Source: Clostridia bacterium (lineage in GTDB: Bacteria; Bacillota; Clostridia; Oscillospirales; CAG-272). Taken from it: a DNA stretch of 64,000 nt. This document shows, piece after piece, positions 17,137-26,858 of this stretch. Below the pieces are notes generated by a model. That model saw only the letters and a list, made by a program, of their open reading frames with translations. It was not told where the DNA came from and did not search any database. How positions within the stretch are numbered: the first letter of the stretch is position 1; each line of letters opens with the position of its first letter. A program made the translations under genes and the position numbers. The DNA lies in assembly GCA_017463125.1 (NCBI GenBank), contig JAFTPV010000013.1, positions 79,926-143,925 of the forward strand, written 5' to 3'.

Positions 17137-18186
17137 TTAAGGTTTCTTGAACATCACGGGATTTGCTGAGCCTGGTTTTCTGTATTTGAAAGGAATTGTC
17201 TTTCCTATCAAAGCACGCGCCTCTGCATTAGTTGCCGTTCTACCGTGGAATTCATATCTGCCAACCAATTCACCGCTTTGGACTATATTCCATTTATCAG
17301 CAACATAGACCTCTTGGACAACACCTCCAATAACAGAGATAACATAATTATATTGTGTTATGCGCTCACCGGCTCTCCAAGCATATCTTGTTGCTTCATA
17401 CAGACTTCCGTTACACTTTTGTATTCGTTCATGGGATGTTTTAATCATAACATAATTAAAACTCGGCTCTGCATACACACTGCTGTCATCAGGATCATTG
17501 TTATCCGTATTGTCAGTACCAGAATTGCCAGGTTCATCATTGCCGTCGTGAATTATTTCTTCAGAATAATCACGATCTCCGAGTGCGGTCATAATCTCCT
17601 CCTCGGAATAATTCTTTATAAAATAATCTACGATAAGCTGCTTTATAAACTCTTTGGAGATGGTTTCTTTGATTTTTTGCACATTCTCTTTGAATGCTAC
17701 TTTAGAGTCAATAAAGTTCTCTACTTTATCAGCACTGAAACTTCCCTTTTTCATGAGCTCAACAAACTTAACGCCATCGGGATTGTTTTCCGTAAAAGAG
17801 ATTGCCATCTTTTTCAGCTTCGACTTGCTAAAATCATAAACATACAAATAAATCTTTTGGCAAACAAGAACACCAACAGATATATGTAACAAATCCAAGT
17901 AACTCTTTAATTGATTTTCAAATTCAATGGAGAAAGGCATATTATACTGCTTCAATTCCACATCAAACAAGTCACCGTCATCGCCGCGTATTATTATATC
18001 GGGTATAGTACGCTGATGCGAGCCAATATGAATGCTTCTATGCGAATCTATTTCTCCGAAAAAACGACTGTAGTTAAGCAAATCAGAAAAAATTTGCTCC
18101 CAATCCTTTTGAAGCACCTCTTCCTTTGCAGAATAATAATCCTTATAATGCTTAACTATTCTATTCCAAATTTTTACTGAATCCAT
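17137..18186 (-). CDS. PD-(D/E)xK / HsdR-N-like nuclease-fold protein with unknown C-terminal domain
   Basis: 'RTIPDIIIRGDDGDLFDVELKQ' fits a D...(D/E)xK core. An acidic low-complexity linker follows. The C-terminal domain ends '..GRYEFHGR...IPFKYRKPGSANPVMF' and is unrecognised. Confidence 0.45.
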   Translation of the reverse strand: MDSVKIWNRIVKHYKDYYSAKEEVLQKDWEQIFSDLLNYSRFFGEIDSHRSIHIGSHQRTIPDIIIRGDDGDLFDVELKQYNMPFSIEFENQLKSYLDLLHISVGVLVCQKIYLYVYDFSKSKLKKMAISFTENNPDGVKFVELMKKGSFSADKVENFIDSKVAFKENVQKIKETISKEFIKQLIVDYFIKNYSEEEIMTALGDRDYSEEIIHDGNDEPGNSGTDNTDNNDPDDSSVYAEPSFNYVMIKTSHERIQKCNGSLYEATRYAWRAGERITQYNYVISVIGGVVQEVYVADKWNIVQSGELVGRYEFHGRTATNAEARALIGKTIPFKYRKPGSANPVMFKKP

Positions 18187-18209
18187 AACTACCTCGTGTT
18201 GTTTATTGT

Positions 18210-18635
18210 TTAAATCAATATTCCATTGCAGTGATCAATCTCATGCTGAATGATCTGTGCAGTCCATCCAGTGAAGTTCTTAGTGTGTGTTTTCATTTCA
18301 AGTGTTTGGAACTGCACTTTAATTGTTTTATATCTCTTGCACTTACGGGGGCCGCCAAGCAGAGATAGACAACCTTCCTCGGTTTCATATATACCCGACT
18401 TCGCAATAATTTGCGGATTAAGCATTACAGTATATGTAGGAGCAAGTCTGCTCTCGTCGACAAAGGCTATAATTCGCTTTCGCACACCAATCATATTAGC
18501 TGCCATTCCAACGCATCCCTCTCGGTGCGATATAAGCGTATCCAGTAAGTCTTTTGCCAGAGGCAAATCTTCTTTAACTGCCGCTTCCGATTTTCCAGCA
18601 AGGAATATGGGATCATGCATTAACTGCCTAATCAT
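18210..18635 (-). CDS. def: peptide deformylase (short form, 141 aa)
   Basis: Three Def motifs: 'GMAANMIG', 'EEGCLSL', 'QHEIDHCNG'. It overlaps the upstream MTase gene by 4 nt. Confidence 0.85.
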   Translation of the reverse strand: MIRQLMHDPIFLAGKSEAAVKEDLPLAKDLLDTLISHREGCVGMAANMIGVRKRIIAFVDESRLAPTYTVMLNPQIIAKSGIYETEEGCLSLLGGPRKCKRYKTIKVQFQTLEMKTHTKNFTGWTAQIIQHEIDHCNGILI

Positions 18636-19729
18636 TTTCTTTTTCTCCCACGTTGACCATTCTTTATACTAGAAAGATATTTTGTGTGTTCTCCGAGTAC
18701 GTATTCTCCCATAACTTTAGCAAGTAAAACAGGAACAGCATTTCCGATTTGTTTGCCTACTTCCTGCATATTTCCGTAGAACGTGTAGTTATCGTCAAAG
18801 CTTTGCAAAGCAGCCGCCTCTCTTAAAGAAATAGCTCTGTCTTGCTCTGGATGTCCAAAACGTCCATTAGAAAGACTAAAACATTTAACCGTCAAGGTTG
18901 GCGAAGGCTCGTCCCATTTCATTCTTCCATAGACATCGGTATGTCCTTTAAATGTCTTGTGGCATTTCAATACCAATGATGAAGGCCAATCCGTTCGGCT
19001 TCCTCCGTCATGCGGGGTAGCTTTTATGCGTTTTAACAGCAACTTGCTTAAGTTAGCACACTGATGGTTTGGAATTTTTTTGCTGTAGTCGCCGCCAGCT
19101 TGTATCTTAGGGTATTTTGAAATAGTTTGACGAACTGTACAATATGGCAATAAGCCTTCTGCAGTTCCATGTGTAGATTTAGGAACCTTGGGAACAAACA
19201 ATCTTGAAGCAATAAGGATATACCGTCTTCTGTTTTGAGGAACACCGTAATCTTTTGCATAAAGAATCTTTTCATCCCACTGATACCCTGATTCTTTAAG
19301 CATTAGCTTAAATTCATCCAAAACTTCTGAACCTTTGCCCTTTAATCCGGGAACATTTTCCACTAAGACATGCGCTGGCTTTATTGCTTTAACAAATCTG
19401 CCGAATTCAGTCAACAAATTTACTGATTTATGAGGTATAGGATTGCCGTTCTCGTCAAGCTCTTCCCTTCTTAGCAAACTGAACGGCTGACATGGAGCGC
19501 AACCAACCAGCATTACATCATTTCTGTTTTTTAACAGAGGGAACTTGTCCACTAGTGCCTTTGGCGTTAATTCGCAAATATCACATTGTAAATATGTATT
19601 ATGATTATTATTTTCGTAAGTTTCACGGCAAAGGGGATTAGAATCTATTCCCGCTAACACTTGAATTCCTGCATCAAGTAAACCGCGGGTCATTCCTCCG
19701 CCACCGCAAAAGAAATCAATTGCTATCAT
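18632..19729 (-). CDS. DNA (cytosine-5)-methyltransferase
   Basis: Motif I 'DFFCGGGGMTRG', IV 'GCAPCQPFS', VI 'VLVENVPGL', VIII 'QNRRR', X 'GNAVPV'. Confidence 0.92.
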   Translation of the reverse strand: MIAIDFFCGGGGMTRGLLDAGIQVLAGIDSNPLCRETYENNNHNTYLQCDICELTPKALVDKFPLLKNRNDVMLVGCAPCQPFSLLRREELDENGNPIPHKSVNLLTEFGRFVKAIKPAHVLVENVPGLKGKGSEVLDEFKLMLKESGYQWDEKILYAKDYGVPQNRRRYILIASRLFVPKVPKSTHGTAEGLLPYCTVRQTISKYPKIQAGGDYSKKIPNHQCANLSKLLLKRIKATPHDGGSRTDWPSSLVLKCHKTFKGHTDVYGRMKWDEPSPTLTVKCFSLSNGRFGHPEQDRAISLREAAALQSFDDNYTFYGNMQEVGKQIGNAVPVLLAKVMGEYVLGEHTKYLSSIKNGQRGRKRK

Positions 19730-21428
19730 TTTGGGTATCCCCTATATTAATAAACGTATCTTTAAGTGCTGATGTCTTGCCGAACAATTCTTCAACACCT
19801 ATTTGTTTAATATATTCGGAAAACAATTCTACAACTTTATGAATGTACTCAATGTGCAAAGAAAATAACCTTACATATTTCTGGTATTTATCAGCATGAG
19901 TACCATCACTCATATCTATGACAACTGGATCAAAGAAAGAAATCTTTACTGGCACAACTTTGTTCATCTCTTTATTGAGCAAACTTATTTCATAATATTG
20001 CTTTTGATTCTCATTTGCAGATGAATCAATAGTTCCCTTTAAAAACATATAGCAATGATTAATTTTCTTTGGCCGCATCAATTGACACGAGGGAGATACG
20101 CAAATCAGATAATTATTTTCATCATCTATAAACACGTCGCCTTGACAAAGAGTATTACATCTAGATGCGTCAAAGCACTCTTTAATAGAAAATTTTTTAT
20201 CGTCCTTATATTCGGACAACTTAATAAGTTTATACAATTTTACATAATTAAATAAAAAGTTTTCATCATTAGAAATACTCAAAATCAAAACAAAAATGTA
20301 AACCTTTTCTCTATCATAATTGCTTAATACTGTTATTTCCTCTGGCTTAGCAGTGCAAACACTTCCTTTAACAAACAAATGTGCTGATAATTTCAACGCT
20401 GGCAAAAGCTCTAAATCCATGTAATTTAAGGTGAGAACTTGAGAACAACGTTCTTGATATTCCGCATAGGTCAACACGATTGGAACTTCGCGGTTTATAT
20501 TACAAATTGACAAAGCTTTTTCAAATGCTGTTTGAGAGACTTGCTTACTCAATAATCTTCTAATAGAGTTTTTTATGTACGATTCTGATGAATTGTCCGT
20601 AATTTTCAAATCATCACGCAGTTTATTCATTATAAAAGTTTTTAGCAACTCGTCTTCAAGTCCATTATAGCTATACGCCTCATCAGTAATTAATTGAGGA
20701 AGCATCATTGTATCAAGCCCCATGAATTCATTGTAAAGAGCTGCGGTTTTGTTTTCAATTTGCTGTTTAACACTCAAGAACAATTGCGGTAAATAGCCAT
20801 AGTTGTCAATAGTAAAATTCTCAAGAGCTTCTATTATTTCATTCAAATTTCTTGTGCGTTTGTTTGCAAACATTACTATTGCATTATCAAGAGCAATTAC
20901 ACCGTTTTCCTTTATCTCACCTATTTTCACATCGTTAAATTTCTGTGAAAACGAGGTCATCGCACTAGAAATCTCATTCGAATATATGACATAGTAGTGC
21001 AATATTTCATTGTTTTGAATTATTGTTTCTAAAACATCAATACCAGTTCTTTTAACATCTTTTTCCTCTAACTGCCAGTCTATAATTATAAGTGGGAAAT
21101 GTGATAGTTTTTTCTTCAAAGAATCAGTCTGATTCCAAAACGCACTCGCATCATAATAATAAGGCAATATATTAATATCCGCTGCCTTTCTTTGAGCCAT
21201 ACCAAAAAAATCACTTAATGAACCGCTTTTGTTATCTACACTTGTTTCGTCGACTGAAGCTTGACTAGCAACTGCCGAAGGTGGTTGCCTCATGTCAATT
21301 GCATCCTCAAAATTTTCTAATCCACCCCGTTCAACTTCAACTTTGGACTTGAACAAATCAAGTCCAAAGTTGTTTTCGATATAGATAACATTACTTAGAT
21401 GATTCCTCAATGCTGTAATGTTAGTCAT
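19716..21428 (-). CDS. receiver(REC)-like domain protein with uncharacterised C-terminal region (570 aa)
   Basis: 'PLIIIDWQLEEKDVKRTGIDVLETIIQ' resembles the phospho-acceptor Asp strand and helix of response-regulator receivers. It overlaps the upstream kinase gene (ATGA) and the downstream MTase gene. Confidence 0.45.
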   Translation of the reverse strand: MTNITALRNHLSNVIYIENNFGLDLFKSKVEVERGGLENFEDAIDMRQPPSAVASQASVDETSVDNKSGSLSDFFGMAQRKAADINILPYYYDASAFWNQTDSLKKKLSHFPLIIIDWQLEEKDVKRTGIDVLETIIQNNEILHYYVIYSNEISSAMTSFSQKFNDVKIGEIKENGVIALDNAIVMFANKRTRNLNEIIEALENFTIDNYGYLPQLFLSVKQQIENKTAALYNEFMGLDTMMLPQLITDEAYSYNGLEDELLKTFIMNKLRDDLKITDNSSESYIKNSIRRLLSKQVSQTAFEKALSICNINREVPIVLTYAEYQERCSQVLTLNYMDLELLPALKLSAHLFVKGSVCTAKPEEITVLSNYDREKVYIFVLILSISNDENFLFNYVKLYKLIKLSEYKDDKKFSIKECFDASRCNTLCQGDVFIDDENNYLICVSPSCQLMRPKKINHCYMFLKGTIDSSANENQKQYYEISLLNKEMNKVVPVKISFFDPVVIDMSDGTHADKYQKYVRLFSLHIEYIHKVVELFSEYIKQIGVEELFGKTSALKDTFINIGDTQNDSN

Positions 21429-24400
21429 TTTTTCTCGTCTTTCTTTTTGAAAATAATTTTAAAGCATGCACCGTTTAGCATCTTATGATTGGATGCTTCA
21501 ACAACGCTTATATCGTGCCCATCCTTCTGCAATACTCTTTTTGTTATAGTTAATCCAAGACCTCTGCCATTTGGTTTTAGCGAATAGAATGGATTAAAAA
21601 TGTCTTCTTTTCTTGCTGCTTGAATACCTTTTCCATTATCCTCAATATACAGAGCATTTTCTTCGGTTACAAAATGTATCCAAATTTTCTTGTTCTCAGT
21701 ACCGGCAAGCCAATAAACAGCGTTAGAAATAATATTGGAAAGCGCAGGATACAAATGCGATGGCAATACGTTGACAGTAACATTTGACGGTATTTTCTCT
21801 GTACTGACATCTATTTCTTCCACATCAAAGGTGTGTTCAAACAACTTGATAGCACCCTCAACAATTTCAAGCAATGAATGTTCTTTTACTTTTTCTGATT
21901 TTATTTTGTACATTGGCGAAAGCATGCTATGCCTTGAATAAATGGCATCAAATGCAATCTGTATTTGCTTTAACCAGTACCTAGAAGTATTATCAAACAG
22001 ATACGATCCAAGCTGCGTTATTGCATCATTCGCTTTAGTATAGAACTGATTAAATTCATGGTTAAGAATTTCAGATGCCATTCCGAAATTAGCCAAGTCT
22101 TCATACAAATCTACTTCTTCGCGTAAAACCATATTTTCAGACTTTAGAGAACCAATGATTTTATCATCTTGACCAATTAAATCTCTGTTGTTGAGCAGTT
22201 GGTTTACGCTCTGAACAACTGCATTGGTTGCCGATAAATCATCGTTGAACTCACCGTATAATTGATCGACCAGCTTTTCGATTTCGTTTTGCAATTGCTC
22301 GATATCTGTATCGATTTGACTATAATCTTCGTCAGAAAAATTCTCAAACGTTATAGTATCCAGTTTTCTATACATAGAATCCAACTTAGCTTTAAACAGT
22401 TCTCTGCTATTCAAGCAATTAATATTCTCTTTAACAGCGCTTAAAGCCGCATCTAAATCTGAAATTACATCATTACGCCTAGCGAAATAATCATCAAAAA
22501 CCTGTGACACAAAAGACGAAATTCCGTTTACCTTTTGTTTCAATACTTCTATCTGTTTCTCTACAGTTTTTCTTTCTTCTAGCACTATTTGGAATTCGTT
22601 CTCTTTTATCGCAACCGCTTCGTTAACAGTTTGAAGAAAACTTGCTAATCCTACTTTTGCAATTTCTACAGATTTATTAAAATTTACAACCTCTAGATAT
22701 AGTTTATCCTCTTTTTCAAGCAGATCTGCTTCAAATCGCTCTGGAACATTAATAACAAGGCTATTGAGCATATCTGTCACACTGCGTTCTCTTGATTGTA
22801 AATTCTGCTGGAACAATAGGAATTTTTCTAACAAATCAATGCCACTTAATTTTTCCATACCAGTGACAATATTTGATATTTCGCTCTCAAGATTTTTTAT
22901 AAATTCTAGCTTTTGGGATGAATAGTGTATTTTTGATTTTAATTCTTGAACTGCTTTTTTAAAGCGTTCTCTCTCTTGTTTCTCATACTCCTCTTTCTCG
23001 CGTTGCCTTTCTATCTCCTTGGCATAATATTCAACCATATAGGTTCTGATATTATATGAGTCCTTGCGCGCATCAGACAGAAAGTCCATGGCTATTTTTA
23101 TCAGAAGATTTTTTAGTGTGTTTATAAAGTAATGATAGTAGTTATTTTCAATAAATCCTTCTCTGCTAGACTTATCTTCGAGTTTAGGATTTTTTTCAGC
23201 GGAGATATCTACTCGTCCAAAAATATTTCTATGGCTGAAAACATAAACACCAGCTTTATTTGTCCTTCTTCTCTCTATCTCAAGATAATCATTTTCTAAT
23301 TCTCCATAAGGTAAGACCCTTACTCCGTCCCTGTAAACACCGATACCTCCGAGTACATCTATCTTATCTCTGATATACTTAAATCTCTCTTCGGTCAAAG
23401 ATGAGTGGTTTTTTTGACCTTCTATATGACAAACTTTTAATCTAATTGGACCGCAGTCATATTTTGATAGATTTTCAATTCCGCCAGAAATATCTATTCC
23501 GCTTGCTAAAGCCTTGTTCGCGTTAGCTAACGCTTCTTGGTTTGTGTTGTTTGCATAAAGCTTTCCAGTAAACACTCCTTTGTCAATTACACCTTCAAAT
23601 TTGATATCGTATATTTCAAAATCTTCCTCAGTGTAATCGTCATGGAATCGCATAACTTGACCATTTTTGAATATCTCGACAAAATCGTTTTTAAGCTTTT
23701 CCTGTTTTTTATACGCAGAATTAAGCGTTGATACAAAATTTGCGAATCGCTTGTAATTTTTATCTGCTGTCAAATCGTCCCCGAGTTTTGAAATATCTTG
23801 TACTAAGATACTGTTCCAATCATCTCTCAATTCACTCATGAAAAGAAGCGTTCCTTTTTCATTAATGAGACCGAGATACTTTATGATGTTTTGCGCGTTT
23901 TCCCTCGCCTTGACAATAGATTTCTCTAAGTATTCTCTGTCAAAAGGATTGAAGGTTGCATTTACATACACTTCTACATTTTTAAGTTGTATGTTTATCA
24001 ATTCATCCAATATAGATGTAAAAGAAGACATTAAGGCTTGTTTTTCTACATTGTAACGAGTTGGAATTTCTATTTCATCCAAAGAAACAGTTGTATCCTC
24101 AAACAAATCCCAGAACAAATACGCAATATTATAATTGCTATTCTCAGTTTTGGTTATCATAAAGTAATGTTTGCCCAAACTAGCCGCCGCAAGACGACCG
24201 ATTCCTTTAGCACCCATGTAAGGACGACCTTTAGGAGAAACTCTTTTAGAGGTATTTTTGGAGGGTGTTCCCAAAACAAGCCACTTATCCTCTATATCTG
24301 CTTGAGACATACCCATACCATTGTCAACCAAAACAATATTATCTTTGTTTGAATTAAAGTATGCTCTAACCCAATCAGCATCGGCATCGTATGAGTTTTT

Positions 24401-24490
24401 CATAAGTTCTGCCAATGCAGTGACGGAATCCCTGATCTGCTTTCTTCCAAGCAGCTCTATCGTTCTTGCTTTTGTTTTGAATTTTGACAT
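21425..24490 (-). CDS. histidine-kinase-like protein with two GHKL ATPase modules and a long coiled coil (1021 aa)
   Basis: N-terminal Bergerat motifs 'ELMKNSYDADA', 'VDNGMGM', 'GAKGIGRLAA'. Central K/E/Q/L-rich region. C-terminal 'SEILNHEFNQF' (H-box-like), 'SNIISNAVYW', 'IEDNGKGI', 'GRGLGLTITKRVL'. Confidence 0.7.
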   Translation of the reverse strand: MSKFKTKARTIELLGRKQIRDSVTALAELMKNSYDADADWVRAYFNSNKDNIVLVDNGMGMSQADIEDKWLVLGTPSKNTSKRVSPKGRPYMGAKGIGRLAAASLGKHYFMITKTENSNYNIAYLFWDLFEDTTVSLDEIEIPTRYNVEKQALMSSFTSILDELINIQLKNVEVYVNATFNPFDREYLEKSIVKARENAQNIIKYLGLINEKGTLLFMSELRDDWNSILVQDISKLGDDLTADKNYKRFANFVSTLNSAYKKQEKLKNDFVEIFKNGQVMRFHDDYTEEDFEIYDIKFEGVIDKGVFTGKLYANNTNQEALANANKALASGIDISGGIENLSKYDCGPIRLKVCHIEGQKNHSSLTEERFKYIRDKIDVLGGIGVYRDGVRVLPYGELENDYLEIERRRTNKAGVYVFSHRNIFGRVDISAEKNPKLEDKSSREGFIENNYYHYFINTLKNLLIKIAMDFLSDARKDSYNIRTYMVEYYAKEIERQREKEEYEKQERERFKKAVQELKSKIHYSSQKLEFIKNLESEISNIVTGMEKLSGIDLLEKFLLFQQNLQSRERSVTDMLNSLVINVPERFEADLLEKEDKLYLEVVNFNKSVEIAKVGLASFLQTVNEAVAIKENEFQIVLEERKTVEKQIEVLKQKVNGISSFVSQVFDDYFARRNDVISDLDAALSAVKENINCLNSRELFKAKLDSMYRKLDTITFENFSDEDYSQIDTDIEQLQNEIEKLVDQLYGEFNDDLSATNAVVQSVNQLLNNRDLIGQDDKIIGSLKSENMVLREEVDLYEDLANFGMASEILNHEFNQFYTKANDAITQLGSYLFDNTSRYWLKQIQIAFDAIYSRHSMLSPMYKIKSEKVKEHSLLEIVEGAIKLFEHTFDVEEIDVSTEKIPSNVTVNVLPSHLYPALSNIISNAVYWLAGTENKKIWIHFVTEENALYIEDNGKGIQAARKEDIFNPFYSLKPNGRGLGLTITKRVLQKDGHDISVVEASNHKMLNGACFKIIFKKKDEKK

Positions 24491-24564
24491 ATTCCTTCTT
24501 CTCCTTATATCTACTAGGATAATACATACCGAAATTACAGTACCTTGATACTGGTATTTTATCC

Positions 24565-24591
24565 ATTATAGCTTTGATCGATCATTGTCAA
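24565..24591 (-). promoter_or_regulatory. candidate promoter of the kinase operon (TTGACA, 15-nt spacer, TATAAT)
   Basis: Perfect hexamers on the minus strand (reverse complement of 24586-24591 and 24565-24570). The spacer is only 15 nt, which is suboptimal. Confidence 0.4.
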
Positions 24592-24669
24592 TTTGATTTT
24601 TCTTTTTTATAATAGATGTTTTTATCATGAATTCATTTTTATTACTGGTTTAAGACACTCATAGCTCAG

Positions 24670-25398
24670 CTATGTTTTATCTTTGTTTAAATCCCCGGAT
24701 GTTTCCGTTTTAATGGGAATTCCAGACAGAATGTAACTGTACATATTTACATCAGGTGAATTATCTATCATCCTATATTTAGCATCTTCGGGAATATCTA
24801 AATCATCTGGAATATAATCTTCCGGATATCCCTTAAGCAATAAGAGTTCTTTAACCGTTAAAAATTTCAAATTAATATTGCTTGATAAAATATTATCATC
24901 TAAACAAATCTTGAACTTATTTTTTACTTCATCAATGAACTCCGAACAAATCATTTTTAAAATAAGATTATACACAATATCGGAGATTTTATCATAAATG
25001 AGCAACGAGGTAGCGTCCTCGGTTAATGGATTAAGTATTTCTCTGCCGTTTTCAATAGTTATATAATTTATTGCTGCGATATTCTTATGTGCATAGTAGT
25101 TTCTTATTTTCCTAACACAATTGTCTCCTTGATTCAAGAAATCATGTTCAATTTGTGTAATAATGCCCTTATCAAACAGTTTTCGATAAATCTCATATGT
25201 GTTTGAATTATAATCGTTAACTATGGACTTAGAAATGTTTTCTAGACAATTAAACAACACAGTAATGGCCGCAAACCCTTTATCCAATTTAAAAAGCTCT
25301 TCGCTCTGATCTAGACAAAGTGCACTAAACCTTGAGTGCTGCCATAAATAATCTAAGACTGTACTTTTGTCGTACAAAGGATTCATATATTTCTCCAT
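24670..25398 (-). CDS. HEPN-motif protein (possible Abi-type RNase), 242 aa
   Basis: 'VRKIRNYYAHKN' contains R-x4-H (RNYYAH). The protein looks all-helical. It lies inside the defence cluster. Confidence 0.45.
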   Translation of the reverse strand: MEKYMNPLYDKSTVLDYLWQHSRFSALCLDQSEELFKLDKGFAAITVLFNCLENISKSIVNDYNSNTYEIYRKLFDKGIITQIEHDFLNQGDNCVRKIRNYYAHKNIAAINYITIENGREILNPLTEDATSLLIYDKISDIVYNLILKMICSEFIDEVKNKFKICLDDNILSSNINLKFLTVKELLLLKGYPEDYIPDDLDIPEDAKYRMIDNSPDVNMYSYILSGIPIKTETSGDLNKDKT

Positions 25399-25473
25399 AT
25401 TTTAAGATTTTATAAGTTAAAACTACATCTCACAAAAATGCAGCCATTTGGAAACATTTTTCTGCAAAACGTA

Positions 25474-25502
25474 TTGATTTTTATTTGTTTTTGTGTTATA
25501 AT
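25474..25502 (+). promoter_or_regulatory. sigma-A type promoter for the HTH-methyltransferase gene (TTGATT, 17-nt spacer, TGtTATAAT)
   Basis: TTGATT at 25474-25479, 17-nt spacer, extended -10 TG at 25494-25495, TATAAT at 25497-25502. Confidence 0.65.
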
Positions 25503-25522
25503 AAGTGCCATGGAGGTGCGCC

Positions 25523-26827
25523 ATGGGCAAAATTGGAGAATTTATTACACGCGAACGGGAAAAGCAGGATATTTCCATCAGAGGCCTGTCGAAAATAACC
25601 GGAATCAGCCATAGCGAGATTAATAAAATCGAGAGCGGAGAGAGAGCAACACCTTCTCCGCATCATTTAAAAACCATTGCCGATGCTCTGGGTATTAATC
25701 AAATTGAATGTTTTAAGATAGCTGGCTATATTGATGAATCACAACATGAGGGTTCATCGTCCAGAACATTAATTCTTTCGGATTTTACAAACGACGAATT
25801 TAACCAAATCCAGCAGTATGCCTCATTTATCAGAGCACAACGAGTTTCAAATCAAGGAGAAGAACCTACTGTGAAGAAAAATAATTTAAAAGTTGCAAGT
25901 TTGTTTGCCGGTATCGGCGGCATATGTTATGGCTTTAAACAAGCAGGTGCCGAGATTGTTTGGGCAAATGAGATTGACAAAGACGCTTGCAAAACTTACA
26001 GACACAACTTTGGAGACGAATATCTTGTTGAAGGCGATATTAAACTTGTCGATCCTAGCGATATTCCTGATATTGATATCTTAAACGGCGGATTCCCCTG
26101 CCAAGCCTTTTCCGTAGCCGGCTACAGAAAGGGATTTGAAGACGAACGAGGAAACCTTTTCTTCGAAATTGAAAGATTGCTTAGAGTTAAGCGTCCGCGC
26201 GCTATCCTTCTTGAGAATGTTAAGAACCTCGAAGGCCACGACCACGGAAATACTTTTAAAGTAATCAAAAGCCGTCTTGAAGACCTTGGCTATCACGTGC
26301 ATCACAAAGTTCTGAACACTATGGAATACGGAGATGTTCCCCAGCACCGCGAACGTATCTATATTGTAGGCTTCCTTTCGGAAGAGGCCTATAATAAGTT
26401 CAGATATCCCGATCCTATTCCTTTAACCAAAACCATACATAGCATCATCGATGTTACCGAAAAGAAACCGCTAGGAATGTACTATAACAATTCAAAGTAC
26501 TATCCCGAACTTGAAAAAGCCATGGTGAATCCCAATACAGTATATCAGTGGCGCCGCGTTTACTGCAGAGAAAACAAGAGCAATGTATGCCCTACTCTTA
26601 CAGCAAACATGGGTACAGGAGGACACAATGTTCCCCTCATTATTGATAACTACGGATTCAGAAAATTAACTCCCGAAGAGTGCGTTGGATTCCAAGGCTT
26701 CCCTGAAGAGTTTGAGTTCCCTGCTGATATTTGCAATGCTAGTAAGTATAAGCAGGCTGGTAATTCAGTATCTGTTCCTGTTATCAAGAGAATTGCCGAA
26801 GAGATGGTAAAAGTATTAGTTGATTAA
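25523..26827 (+). CDS. C5 DNA methyltransferase with N-terminal XRE-type HTH domain
   Basis: HTH 'ISIRGLSKITGISHSEINKIESGER'. MTase motifs 'LFAGIGG', 'GGFPCQAFSVAG', 'LLENVKNL', 'QHRERIYIVG', 'GNSVSVPV'. ATG 25523 is preferred because of the GGAGGTG SD at 25512-25518. Confidence 0.9.
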   Translation: MGKIGEFITREREKQDISIRGLSKITGISHSEINKIESGERATPSPHHLKTIADALGINQIECFKIAGYIDESQHEGSSSRTLILSDFTNDEFNQIQQYASFIRAQRVSNQGEEPTVKKNNLKVASLFAGIGGICYGFKQAGAEIVWANEIDKDACKTYRHNFGDEYLVEGDIKLVDPSDIPDIDILNGGFPCQAFSVAGYRKGFEDERGNLFFEIERLLRVKRPRAILLENVKNLEGHDHGNTFKVIKSRLEDLGYHVHHKVLNTMEYGDVPQHRERIYIVGFLSEEAYNKFRYPDPIPLTKTIHSIIDVTEKKPLGMYYNNSKYYPELEKAMVNPNTVYQWRRVYCRENKSNVCPTLTANMGTGGHNVPLIIDNYGFRKLTPEECVGFQGFPEEFEFPADICNASKYKQAGNSVSVPVIKRIAEEMVKVLVD

Positions 26828-26858
26828 CCCAAATGCCGATCGCAAGGTCGGCATTTTT

